Virus record (IMG/VR): IMGVR_UViG_3300044815_000115
Coordinates: 39,320-103,319 of that record
Origin: a virus
Reading direction: 5' to 3' (one strand)
Length of the DNA stretch: 64,000 nt
The first letter of the stretch is position 1. Every line of letters starts with the position of its first letter. Shown here piece after piece: positions 37,302-46,571 of this stretch. Below the pieces are notes generated by a model. The model saw only the letters and a list, made by a program, of their open reading frames with translations. It was not told the DNA's origin and ran no database searches. The position numbers and the translations under genes were made by a program.

Positions 37302-37658
37302 ATGGCGAAGAACTGCACGATCATGTGGACCAAGTCGCGGGCGATGACCTGCACCTCCCCCGCCACCCCGGCCTCTGGTGATCCGGTCGTCTGCGGGCAG
37401 ATCCCCGGCGTCGCCCTCGCCGCCGAAGACGCCAACGGGCTGACCACCTGCGCCCTGGACGGCGAGTTCCAGCTGTCCGTCAAGGGCGAAAACCAGTCCG
37501 GCAACTCCGCCGTCGCCGACGGCGACATCCTCTACTACGAGGCCGGACAGACCCCACCCGTCAACAAGGACGCCACCAACGGCGTCCGCTTCGGGTACGC
37601 CCGCGGCGCCGTCGTGTCCGGGGCCACCACCACCATCGCCGTCGAGATCGGGTACTGA
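37302..37658 (+). CDS. capsid cement / DUF2190-like decoration protein
   Basis: MAKN..SGDPVVCG..GVAL..G.F.L..GD.LYY..FGYA. Confidence 0.8.
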   Translation: MAKNCTIMWTKSRAMTCTSPATPASGDPVVCGQIPGVALAAEDANGLTTCALDGEFQLSVKGENQSGNSAVADGDILYYEAGQTPPVNKDATNGVRFGYARGAVVSGATTTIAVEIGY

Positions 37659-37659
37659 C

Positions 37660-38892
37660 ATGACTAGCGCAACTCTTGACGCTGGCCTGGGCTCGCTCGG
37701 CCGGCTCGACACGTACGCCGGCGGCTCTGAGGCCTCCGGTACGGACAGCATCTTCGCCGCCGAAGGCCAGTCGATTTCCCGCCGTTCGCGGCGGGCGCAG
37801 ACCAAGGAGTACCGGCAGCGCCTCGCCGGTCTGGTCCGGCTGTACCAGGGCACCATCGAGGGTGACCGGCGGGCCACGTACGCCTTCCAGGAGGCGATGT
37901 CCCGCAGCGACTTCACGTTCCTGTTCGGTGACGTCATCGACCGGCAGCTGCTGGCCTCCTACCAGACCCGGCCGGTGCAGTGGCCCTCCTACGCGAAGCG
38001 TGGCCGGGTGCGGGACTTCCGCACCGTGAAGCGGTTCACGTTGGACGGCGGCGAAGCGGTCCTGGACAAGGTGAAGGAGCTGGCCCCGTACAAGAACCGG
38101 GCGGTCACCGACGCCGGCTACTCGTACGCCGTGGAGAAGTACGGCGACCAGATCGCCGTGTCGTGGGAGACGATCGTCAACGACGACCTGGGTGCTCTCA
38201 CGGACCTGCCGACCCGGCTCGGGAACGCGGCCCGGCGCACGGAGGAGAAGTTCGCAGCGCAACTGTTCTCCGGCTCGGCCGGGCCGAACAGCACCTACTT
38301 CTCCACGGCGAACAAGAACGTCATCAACACGACGGTGATCGGGTCGACGGTCACGCCGAACCCGGCTCTGACCGTCGTCGGCCTGCAGCAGGCCATGCAG
38401 GTGATGGGCCAGCAGGTCGACACGGACGGCGGACCGATCTACGTCGAGGGTGTCACCCTCGTCGTCCCTCCGGCTCTCGAGGTCGCCGCGAACAACATCA
38501 TCAACGCGACGGAGATCGTCGCCGCGACCGGCGGCGGCGACGGCACCGGCAACGACCAGCTGCGGGTTGCGAACTGGATGCGCAACCGCGTGTCGGTGGT
38601 CGTGAACCCGTGGTTGCCGATCGTGAACACCACGAACGGCAACACGGCCTGGTATCTGTTCGCGAACCCGACGGTGGGTCGTCCGGCAATGGAGATCGGT
38701 TTCCTCACCGGTCACGAAACCCCGGAGCTGTGGGTGAAGTCGCCGAACGCTATGCGCGTCGGTGGCGGACCGATCGCGCCGGAGGAGGGCGACTTCGAGC
38801 ACGACGCCATCCAGTACCGGGTTCGCATGGTTTTGGGCGGGACATTGATGGACGTCAAGTCCTCGGTGTCCAGCACTGGCGCGGGGGTCTGA
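37660..38892 (+). CDS. major capsid protein (Mu gpT-like)
   Basis: SRSDF..L..LLA.Y..VRDF..KYG..SWETIVNDDL.AL..LG.AARRTE..LVVPPALE. Confidence 0.9.
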   Translation: MTSATLDAGLGSLGRLDTYAGGSEASGTDSIFAAEGQSISRRSRRAQTKEYRQRLAGLVRLYQGTIEGDRRATYAFQEAMSRSDFTFLFGDVIDRQLLASYQTRPVQWPSYAKRGRVRDFRTVKRFTLDGGEAVLDKVKELAPYKNRAVTDAGYSYAVEKYGDQIAVSWETIVNDDLGALTDLPTRLGNAARRTEEKFAAQLFSGSAGPNSTYFSTANKNVINTTVIGSTVTPNPALTVVGLQQAMQVMGQQVDTDGGPIYVEGVTLVVPPALEVAANNIINATEIVAATGGGDGTGNDQLRVANWMRNRVSVVVNPWLPIVNTTNGNTAWYLFANPTVGRPAMEIGFLTGHETPELWVKSPNAMRVGGGPIAPEEGDFEHDAIQYRVRMVLGGTLMDVKSSVSSTGAGV

Positions 38893-38897
38893 CCGCG

Positions 38898-39311
38898 ATG
38901 GCCCGCCAGCGTCCCGCACTGGGTACCCCGTTCGGCGCTGACGGGCCGTGGCTGGCGGCGATCGTGGACGTCCTCGCCGACCTTCACGACCTGCTCGACG
39001 CCCGCCTGCCCCAACCCGCGAACAACGACAATGGGGGGCCGGTCCGCATCAGCGAGCCGGCCCCAGCTGGGCCCCCACCAAAGGCTGTGCCCGTATCGGA
39101 GCCGGCACCCGACGGTCCACCCGAGGAAGAGGCCGAGGCGGTCACCGAACCGGCGCCGGACCTTCCCGACCCTCCACCGCGCGCCGGCCGGGGCTCCTCG
39201 CTTGCCGCCTGGACATCGTGGGCGCAGCGGGCGGACGTCGCCGTCACTGACGGCATGTCCCGCGACGACATCATCAACGCCTGCATCTCCGCAGGCGTCC
39301 TCAGCAGATAG
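38898..39311 (+). CDS. hypothetical protein with C-terminal small helical domain
   Basis: Pro-rich linker + PPRAGRGSS..W..A..MSRDDII. Confidence 0.65.
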   Translation: MARQRPALGTPFGADGPWLAAIVDVLADLHDLLDARLPQPANNDNGGPVRISEPAPAGPPPKAVPVSEPAPDGPPEEEAEAVTEPAPDLPDPPPRAGRGSSLAAWTSWAQRADVAVTDGMSRDDIINACISAGVLSR

Positions 39312-39314
39312 GAC

Positions 39315-39932
39315 GTGGCCGTGGGCCTCACCGCGAAGGGCGTGGCCGGCGGCCTCGCCACACTCAACACCAACGGCAAGCTCACGGCGGTCTCCAGTTC
39401 GCAGTGGACTCTCGACGGCTCCCCCGCCGGGCTGCTGCGGGCGAACCTGCGCCGCTCCGAGTGCGGCGGCAACCTGGCCGCGCTGACCACTCAGGTCATG
39501 ACGTCGGTTGCGCTGTACCTGGAGGCCGGTGACGTCGTCACCAACCTGACGTTCTGCTCGGCGACCACGGCGGCGGGCACCCCCACCAACTGGTGGTTTG
39601 CGCTCTACAGCACGGCAGCCACCCCGGCCCTGCTGGCGCAGACCGCCGACCAGACGACGACGGCTTGGGCGGCGAACACCGCCAAGACGGTCGCTCTGGC
39701 CACCCCGTACACGGTGCCGACCACGGGCGTCTACTACGCGGCCGTGCACGTGAAGGCGACCACCGTGCCGACCCTGCTCGGTGCGTCGCTGAACGTGAAC
39801 GCGTCCGCTGCTGTGGTGACGGGTCAGAAGGTGCTGGCGCTGACGTCCGGGACGTCGCTGACCGACACGGCCCCGGCGACGATCGCCACCGCGACGGCCG
39901 TCGCGACCGTGCCGTACTGCATCGCGTCCTGA
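39315..39932 (+). CDS. beta-sandwich virion (decoration) protein
   Basis: Thr/Ala-rich beta protein after MCP. Confidence 0.65.
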   Translation: MAVGLTAKGVAGGLATLNTNGKLTAVSSSQWTLDGSPAGLLRANLRRSECGGNLAALTTQVMTSVALYLEAGDVVTNLTFCSATTAAGTPTNWWFALYSTAATPALLAQTADQTTTAWAANTAKTVALATPYTVPTTGVYYAAVHVKATTVPTLLGASLNVNASAAVVTGQKVLALTSGTSLTDTAPATIATATAVATVPYCIAS

Positions 39933-39952
39933 CGACCCGCTGTCCTGACGAC

Positions 39953-39992
39953 GTGGGGCCGGGCTGTTCGGACGTGGACAGCCCGGCCCCGC
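39953..39992 (+). terminator. GC-rich hairpin after head genes
   Basis: GTGGGGCCGGGCTGTTC...GGACAGCCCGGCCCCGC. Confidence 0.55.
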
Positions 39993-40045
39993 ACCACCCT
40001 TTCGCCGTCTCGGGCGGCCCGTTGCCCCATGAACGAAGGAAGCCC

Positions 40046-40420
40046 ATGTCCAATATCGGCAACGGCCGGGTGCTGCGGGTCTGTGACCTGTGCGGCCAAG
40101 TGGACGACCACCCCCGGCATGTCATCGCGGGCAGTGAGGCTGGCAAATTTCCGTTGCCCGTAGGCGACATGGCCCGGCTCGTGATGCAGAACTCAGCCAA
40201 CCTGTCAGTCGAAGAACAGAACCGGCTTCTCACCGACCTGATCGACACTTCGTCGTCGGACCGGCACCTCGACTGCTGCGCTACGGCGGGCTGCCCGACG
40301 AACACGTGCGGCCCGCAAGTCGCCGACGGCAAGGGCAAGACCGGTACGGCGATGCTGAACCACCTCACGTCCATCGAGGACCGGTTCACGGCCCGCCCCG
40401 ACGTTGTGACGGGAGTCTGA
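40046..40420 (+). CDS. Zn-binding hypothetical protein
   Basis: AAGGA SD; CDLCGQVDDHPRH..HLDCC..GC..C. Confidence 0.7.
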   Translation: MSNIGNGRVLRVCDLCGQVDDHPRHVIAGSEAGKFPLPVGDMARLVMQNSANLSVEEQNRLLTDLIDTSSSDRHLDCCATAGCPTNTCGPQVADGKGKTGTAMLNHLTSIEDRFTARPDVVTGV

Positions 40421-40421
40421 A

Positions 40422-40814
40422 ATGGCGCGTGGTCTCTCGGCGGTCAACACCGCGAACGCCTGGCTGAACGTCATCTCCGGCACCACCTTCACCGGTGCCG
40501 CCGGTTCGTTTATCCAGCTGCACACCGCCGACCCGGGCTCGGCCGGCACGACTGCAGTGTCGTCGGTGACGACCAGACCATCGGCGACCTGGAACGCCGC
40601 CTCGGCCGGCTCGAAGTCGATCAGCAACACGCCGACCTGGACGAGTTGGGCGGGTACCTCGCCGGAGACGGTCACCGACGTGTCCGACTGGTCGGCGTCG
40701 AGCGCCGGCACGTTCTACTTCTCGGTTCAGTTGACCGCTTCCAAGACGGTCCAAACCGGTGACTCGCTCACGCTGAGTTCACTCAGCGTAAGCATCGCGC
40801 CACTAGCGGCTTAG
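40422..40814 (+). CDS. small beta-sandwich fibre subunit
   Basis: QLHTADPGSAGT..W.A.SAG.F..LTASKTV..GD.L. Confidence 0.7.
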   Translation: MARGLSAVNTANAWLNVISGTTFTGAAGSFIQLHTADPGSAGTTAVSSVTTRPSATWNAASAGSKSISNTPTWTSWAGTSPETVTDVSDWSASSAGTFYFSVQLTASKTVQTGDSLTLSSLSVSIAPLAA

Positions 40815-40882
40815 CTGTTGCTCGCCCCGTTGGCCGCATAGATGTCCTCGGTGTGGCCGATCGGGGCTAGGGGGCAGCCGGG

Positions 40883-43333
40883 ATGGCGCGCTTGTGGTCT
40901 TCTGGCTTCGAACTCCAGTCGGCCACCGCTGGCATCGAGGTCGACACGGTCACCGGCACCCTGTCCATCTCGACGACGACCGTACGGTCCGGCGCGGCGG
41001 CGCTGCGGTGCAACCCGGCCGCGGCGACCGGGTACATCACCCACCGGTTCGCCCCCAACGCCATCCGCAACCAGTACATCCGCTTCTACGTCCGGTTCGC
41101 GAGCTTCCCGACAGCCGACTGCGACCTGTTCAACTGGTGGGACGGCACCGCCGGTTTCCCGTCGATCCGGTTCATCGCCGCCACATCAAAGCTCCAATGC
41201 CGCGACGGCACCCCGGCGAACGTCGGCTCGGCGTCGGCGACCCTGACGCTGAACACATGGTACCGCGTCGAAATGCAGTACAACGACACCACCGGCGACA
41301 CGGTCAACGCGTACCTGGACGGCACCATCTTCTGCTCGGCGGGTGTCGGCGGCGACATCGGCGGGCTCGGGCAGTTCCGCCTCGGCGTGATCACTTCGAC
41401 GACCGCCGACGTGTTCTTCGACGACATCGCGGTCAACGACGACACCGGCACCGCTCAGGCCGGCCTGCCCGGCTCAGGGAAGATCGTCCACCTGCTGCCC
41501 AACGCGGCAGGCGACAACAACGTGTGGGCCACCGCTGTCGGCGGCACAGCGGGAACAGCCAACAACTTCACCCGGGTTGACGAGATCGTCCCGGACGATG
41601 CGACCACCTACAACCAGACCACCGTCACCGGCACGACGAACACCGACGACTTCAACGTCACCGACAGTTCTACCGCCGGTGTCGGCGCGTCCGACACGAT
41701 CACCCTCGTCGGGGTGGGCTGCCGGTGCGGGAGTTCCGCGACGACTACGGCGAGCATCGTCACCCGGCTCAAAGGGCAGGCGTCGGGCACGACCACGGAG
41801 TCCGCGTCGATCTCCGTTGCGGTCGCCGCGTTCCGCACCGGCGGTGTGGTCGCGGCGAACACCCCGCAGCCGTGGGCGAACATCGTCGCCTACTCGAATC
41901 CGCAAACGTCCACGGCGTGGACGCCGACCACGCTCGACTCGATGCAGGTCGGCTACCGCACGAACGTCGCGCAGACGTCGGTGCGGCGGGTCACCACGAT
42001 GTGGGCACTCGTCGAGTACGTGCCGTCCACCGCAGTCTCCGCCAGCGCGGCGCTCGCCGTCACGGCGACGCTCGCCGCGGGTGTCACCGCGTCCCGGCCG
42101 GTCAGTGCAGCCCTCGCGGCTACGGCCACGCTGACTGCTGTTGCGGCAGGCGCGCGTCCGGCGGATGCGGCGCTGGCAGTCACCGCGACTCTCGCCGCCT
42201 CGGCAGTGGCTTCGCGACCGGCGGATGCCGCGCTCGCTGCGACCACAACCCTGACCGCCGCCTCGGCCGCGACCCGCCCCGCGGATGCCGCACTGGCGGT
42301 CACAACAACACTTACTGCCGTAGCCGCGCGCACCGCGGTCGGGACAGCCGCGCTCACTGTCACAGCGACCGTTTCGGCGGCAGCGGCGCTCAGCGCGGTG
42401 GGCTCGGCGGCGGTCGCGGTCACCGCCACCCTGGCGGCAGCGACCACAGCCGACCGGCCCGCAACGGCATCCCTCACCATTGCAGCCACCACGGCCGCGG
42501 CTGCGGCGCTCGGCGCTGTCGTGGCGGCGGCATTGCCGGTGACGGCAACACTCGCGGCAGCGGCGACCGCAACCCGCTCTGCGGATGCTGCGCTGACGAT
42601 CACAGCTGCGCTTGCAGCGGCAGCGGCGCGGACCGCCATCGGGGCTGCCCCGCTCAACGTGACGGTGACGGTTTCAGCGACCGCAGCGCTCGCCGCAGTG
42701 GGCGCGGCGACCCTCGCAGTAACCGCCGCCGTCGCGGCGGCAACGACCGCGGCCCGGCCCGCAGCCGCATCCCTCGCCGTCGCCGTCTCGGCCGCCACCT
42801 CCGCGACCGCCACGCTAGGCGCTGTTGTGACGGCCACGCTGCCGGTGACAGCGACACTCGCCGCAGCCTTGACAGTCAGCCGTCCCGCCCAGACCGCGCT
42901 CGCTGTGACCGCCGCATTGAACGCCGCATCCGCCCGCACCGCCGTGGCATCTGCCGCGCTACCGGTCACGGCGGCGCTGACGGGCGCAGCTACCGCCACC
43001 GGCGCGGGTGCCGGCGCGGACCTTGCGGTGACCGCCACCACGTCGGCCGCCGTCGTCGCCGTCAGGCCCGGTACGGCGGCCCTCACCGTCACCACGACCC
43101 TCACCGCGGCGGCAACCTCAATGGGTGCCGCTACTGCCGCCTTGGCTGTCACGGCGACCATGTCGGCTGCGGCTGTTACCACCGGCGGGACAGCGGTCGT
43201 CACCGGCGCCGCCACCGTCATTGGCGACCCGCGAACCGTGCAGGTGATCGGCGTGGCCCGGCCGTACACGCTCACCGCAGCCCAGCTCACCGCCACCGTC
43301 GCAGGTGACGCCTCCACCGGAGGGATCCGCTGA
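40883..43333 (+). CDS. lectin-like domains + Ala/Thr 20-aa repeat fibre protein
   Basis: N-term LamG/CBM-like (LNTWYRVE..FFDDIAVND); 19 tandem repeats. Confidence 0.75.
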   Translation: MARLWSSGFELQSATAGIEVDTVTGTLSISTTTVRSGAAALRCNPAAATGYITHRFAPNAIRNQYIRFYVRFASFPTADCDLFNWWDGTAGFPSIRFIAATSKLQCRDGTPANVGSASATLTLNTWYRVEMQYNDTTGDTVNAYLDGTIFCSAGVGGDIGGLGQFRLGVITSTTADVFFDDIAVNDDTGTAQAGLPGSGKIVHLLPNAAGDNNVWATAVGGTAGTANNFTRVDEIVPDDATTYNQTTVTGTTNTDDFNVTDSSTAGVGASDTITLVGVGCRCGSSATTTASIVTRLKGQASGTTTESASISVAVAAFRTGGVVAANTPQPWANIVAYSNPQTSTAWTPTTLDSMQVGYRTNVAQTSVRRVTTMWALVEYVPSTAVSASAALAVTATLAAGVTASRPVSAALAATATLTAVAAGARPADAALAVTATLAASAVASRPADAALAATTTLTAASAATRPADAALAVTTTLTAVAARTAVGTAALTVTATVSAAAALSAVGSAAVAVTATLAAATTADRPATASLTIAATTAAAAALGAVVAAALPVTATLAAAATATRSADAALTITAALAAAAARTAIGAAPLNVTVTVSATAALAAVGAATLAVTAAVAAATTAARPAAASLAVAVSAATSATATLGAVVTATLPVTATLAAALTVSRPAQTALAVTAALNAASARTAVASAALPVTAALTGAATATGAGAGADLAVTATTSAAVVAVRPGTAALTVTTTLTAAATSMGAATAALAVTATMSAAAVTTGGTAVVTGAATVIGDPRTVQVIGVARPYTLTAAQLTATVAGDASTGGIR
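42041..43190 (+). repeat. 19 x ~60-bp coding repeats (consensus ADAALAVTATLAAAATATRP)
   Basis: visible in translation, with 5-repeat super-period. Confidence 0.85.
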
Positions 43334-44070
43334 TGCCGCAAACCGTGTTCACCGTCGGCAACCCGATCACCAGCCGGTTGACCCTCGGTGTCACCCCTGA
43401 CGGTTCCACGGCCGCCACCCTCACCGTGTTCAAACCCGACGGTGCAGCCATCGCCGCCCCGGCTATCTCCGCGTGGACGGGTGACGAGAAAACCGCGCAG
43501 TGGTACGCCACCGACGACGGCACCTCCGGTTCGACGACGCTCGTGGCGGCCGGGGACTGGGTGGCGCTGTGGCAGGTCACCGGCACGGGTGCGGTCACTG
43601 CGGCGAAGGTGTACAACGTCGCCCCGCTGCCCACTACAGGCACCCGGCCCGACTGGTCACCGTTCCTTTCCGAAGTCGCCGACCACGTGCCGTGGCTGAC
43701 CGTCGACCGGGTATCCGTCGGCTCAGACACCTACCTGGGCACGTTCAACGGACTCACCACCCCCACCGACGAGCAGGCACAACGGCACGTCGACAAGGCC
43801 GCCGCGCCGATCCTCGCCCTCAGTATCGTGTCCGAGCCTTTGCACGCGTTCGCCCGCGGCATCGTCGCGCTGCGGGCCGCCGCATCCCTGGCCCGGGCGT
43901 TCCCCCGCTACAACGACAACGCGCTCGCCATTGCCGCCGCCCTCGGTCAGCAGGCCGACGCCGACTGGACGTCCCTGTTGGGGCTACTCGATGACGACGA
44001 CGGCGCCCTCGTCGAGGCACCCGCACTATCGCACTGGTTGTCCCCCGACACGGGTTACCGCCGCTACTGA
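43333..44070 (+). CDS. head-tail adaptor with N-terminal Ig-like domain
   Basis: beta N-term (LTVFKPDG..AGDWVALWQVTGTGA) + helical C-term; position. Confidence 0.6.
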   Translation: MPQTVFTVGNPITSRLTLGVTPDGSTAATLTVFKPDGAAIAAPAISAWTGDEKTAQWYATDDGTSGSTTLVAAGDWVALWQVTGTGAVTAAKVYNVAPLPTTGTRPDWSPFLSEVADHVPWLTVDRVSVGSDTYLGTFNGLTTPTDEQAQRHVDKAAAPILALSIVSEPLHAFARGIVALRAAASLARAFPRYNDNALAIAAALGQQADADWTSLLGLLDDDDGALVEAPALSHWLSPDTGYRRY

Positions 44071-44100
44071 TCTTTGAACCCACTACCTGTAGGAGCATCC

Positions 44101-44424
44101 ATGGCCGACTATCCAGCGGCGGGGACGCGCAGCGCCGCGGGCACTGCCATCACCAAACGCACCGGCACCGCATCCGCCGACCGGGTGCCCGCAGGCAACA
44201 GTGTCCTGTTCGTGAACGCCGGCGCGGGCGTGCACGTTGTCACCCTCACCAACACGGGCACCCTGAACGGCCTGACGGTCGGCAACCGCACGTACACGAT
44301 CGCGGCCGGGTCCGGCTATCTCGCCTACATCGACCCCGCCCTCGACGGCGACGGTGACGGCTATGTGGCGGTCGGTATCGACGGCACCGCCACCGAGATT
44401 TCCTACTACGTGATGGGGGTCTGA
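44101..44424 (+). CDS. virion hypothetical protein
   Basis: AGGAG SD; beta-rich. Confidence 0.65.
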   Translation: MADYPAAGTRSAAGTAITKRTGTASADRVPAGNSVLFVNAGAGVHVVTLTNTGTLNGLTVGNRTYTIAAGSGYLAYIDPALDGDGDGYVAVGIDGTATEISYYVMGV

Positions 44425-44426
44425 TC

Positions 44427-44945
44427 GTGCCTTTCGAACCGCGCGACTACACGGCCCTCGAAAAGATCGAGGTCAACGGCGTGGCCGGTGCCTGGCCGGG
44501 TGACGCGGTCACCCGCAACCAGGTGGAAACCCTCGGCCTCAGGGTGGGCGTGCAGGTCCGCCCGGAACGTTCCGGGCTCGTGCCCGTGCCCGCGAAGACC
44601 GACCTGCGTGAGGTGTGGGTGGACTACGCCCTCAACCAGGGCGGGCGGCCGGACGAGCTGCAGGACCTGTCCCGCGCCGACCTGATCGCCAAGTACGGCA
44701 ACCCCGACACCGCACCGGTGGTGGGTGCCGCACCGGCCTTAAGCGCGAAGAAGCCGGACTGGGTGGCGTACGCGCGCAGCCGGGAGCCGCACCTGTCGGA
44801 GGAGGACGCGAACGTGCTCACCCGCGACGAACTGGTGGCCCGCTACAGCGAAGGCGGGGCACTGGACCGGGAGCTCACCTCCGGCATCACCGCGGCGGGT
44901 GCCCTGCCCGACCCGGACGCCCCCGGCCAGCCCCGGCAGAAGTAG
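44427..44945 (+). CDS. hypothetical protein with two W(V/D).YA..L.R.DL motifs
   Basis: internal duplication. Confidence 0.65.
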   Translation: MPFEPRDYTALEKIEVNGVAGAWPGDAVTRNQVETLGLRVGVQVRPERSGLVPVPAKTDLREVWVDYALNQGGRPDELQDLSRADLIAKYGNPDTAPVVGAAPALSAKKPDWVAYARSREPHLSEEDANVLTRDELVARYSEGGALDRELTSGITAAGALPDPDAPGQPRQK

Positions 44946-44951
44946 CCGACC

Positions 44952-45398
44952 ATGGCCAGTGAGGTGCGGGTGGAAATGTCCGGCGGCTGGCGGGAAACCC
45001 TCGCCGCCGAGGCTGTGCCGCTGGTGCGGGCCCGGATCGCCGAGCCGATCGCCGCCGCCATGCGGAAGAACATCCCCATATCCCCGATCGGGCCCGACGA
45101 GGACGGCTCGGACGGCCGACCCGCCGGGTACGCCCGCGACCACATCATCGTCGAGCAGGGGGTGTCGGGGGCGGGCGTCCACTTCGATGTGGGCACGACC
45201 GCGCACACCGCGGACGGTTTCCCGTATCCGGCGGTGCTCGAGTTCGGCTCCCGGCCGCACGACATCACCGCGCACGGCGACTATCCGCTGCGCGACAAGC
45301 ACGGGCACGTGTTCGGGCGGACCGTGCATCATCCGGGCACCCCGGAGTATGCGTGGGCGCGCCGGTCGATCGCCGCCGTGATCGGGGCTGCGGTGTGA
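44952..45398 (+). CDS. neck / tail completion protein (HK97 gp10-like)
   Basis: YPAVLEFGSRPH.I..VF.RTVHHPGT. Confidence 0.75.
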   Translation: MASEVRVEMSGGWRETLAAEAVPLVRARIAEPIAAAMRKNIPISPIGPDEDGSDGRPAGYARDHIIVEQGVSGAGVHFDVGTTAHTADGFPYPAVLEFGSRPHDITAHGDYPLRDKHGHVFGRTVHHPGTPEYAWARRSIAAVIGAAV

Positions 45399-45829
45399 TC
45401 GTCGTCGACGCTGAAGCCGCCGCCCGCGCGTGGATAAACAGCCGTACGGGCACGCTGGTCGGCCCGGACCATCCGCTGCCGAAAGGTGCCGTTTTGACCC
45501 GGCTGGACGGGCCGCCACCGCCGGTGTATGTGCTGGTGACCGATCCGGTGGGGGCGTCGCTGGCGTTCGGGGTGGAGTCGCCGGACATGCGCGCCCCGCT
45601 GTCGTTCCAGGTGTACGGGCCGACGAAAGGCGCGGCGGCGGCGGGTGCGCTGGCGCTGGCGAACGAAATGCTGTCGGAGTTGGCGGGCAGACCGGCGCTG
45701 GTCGACCTGCCGGACGGTTCGTCCGCGACGATCCTCGTCGTCGACAACGTGGACGGTCCCGCATGGCAGCCGGACTTCGGTTCCCCCCGATACGTGGTCA
45801 CCGCGGACTGGTACTTCTCCACCGGGTGA
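45395..45829 (+). CDS. tail terminator
   Basis: DAEAA..D.RA.LSFQVYG.TK..A; precedes major tail gene. Confidence 0.7.
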   Translation: MIVVDAEAAARAWINSRTGTLVGPDHPLPKGAVLTRLDGPPPPVYVLVTDPVGASLAFGVESPDMRAPLSFQVYGPTKGAAAAGALALANEMLSELAGRPALVDLPDGSSATILVVDNVDGPAWQPDFGSPRYVVTADWYFSTG

Positions 45830-45842
45830 CCCTCGCCGCCCC

Positions 45843-45950
45843 GGCGGCCTTCTTCCTCGATAGCAGACGCACGGCCCCCTCAAGGAGGCGGGCCGCCTTT
45901 GTCGTGCCCGGAACACGACCGCTGGCAAGGCCGCCCACCTGATCGGTGGG
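45843..45950 (+). promoter_or_regulatory. multibranch structured leader of major tail gene
   Basis: GGCGGCCTT/AAGGCCGCC enclosing two hairpins, plus CCCACC/GGTGGG. Confidence 0.45.
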
Positions 45951-45983
45951 TTATCGGGGGCAAGGCTCCCAAGATCAAAGGAT

Positions 45984-46571
45984 GTGATTGCGATCCCCGC
46001 TGTTACCGTGCCCAAAAACGCCCTCAGCCTGGGTGCCGGATACCTTTTCTGGGCTCAGCTCGGCACCGCCGAACCCGGCTGGACCATCGCCGGTTCCGTG
46101 TTTACCGACGCCTGGACCGGCTGGTCCCTGCTCGGTGTCACCCGTGAGGGCCACGAACTCACCTACGAGATCTCCACCGACACCATCGAGGCCGCCGAAT
46201 ACCTGGACCCGCTCATGTACGTCACGACTGGGCGCACCGCCGGGATGAGCTTCGACATGATGCAGGTCCACGCCACGAACTTCCGGCGCGCCCTCAACGC
46301 CGGTTCGCCCACCACGACCGGTTCGGGCACCACCCTGCGCACCACGGTTCGCCCCCCGGCGATCGGCGCGGAGATTCGTGTGCAGCTCGGCTGGGAGTCC
46401 ACCGCGAACGACGAACGGCTCATCGCCCTGCAGTGCTTCCAGACCGGCAACATCACGGTGCAGCGCAAGAAGGGCGCGGACAATGCGTCCATACCGGTCG
46501 AATACCGCTTCGAAATAGATTCGAACGGCGACCCTTTCAGGTACGAGACAGCGGGAACCCTCCGTGGCTGA
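45984..46571 (+). CDS. major tail protein
   Basis: GAGYLFWAQLGTAEP..W..LG.T.EG; position. Confidence 0.85.
   Translation: MIAIPAVTVPKNALSLGAGYLFWAQLGTAEPGWTIAGSVFTDAWTGWSLLGVTREGHELTYEISTDTIEAAEYLDPLMYVTTGRTAGMSFDMMQVHATNFRRALNAGSPTTTGSGTTLRTTVRPPAIGAEIRVQLGWESTANDERLIALQCFQTGNITVQRKKGADNASIPVEYRFEIDSNGDPFRYETAGTLRG

Noticed and set aside
42041-43190. Periodic 60-bp repeats as a CRISPR array or DGR
   Set aside because: They are degenerate coding repeats without spacers, and there is no cas gene or reverse transcriptase in the window.
32421-43341. Long minus-strand ORFs (e.g. 32421-34196, 36050-37528, 37561-38919, 41953-43341)
   Set aside because: These are shadow frames of real plus-strand genes in high-GC DNA, with no recognisable motifs.
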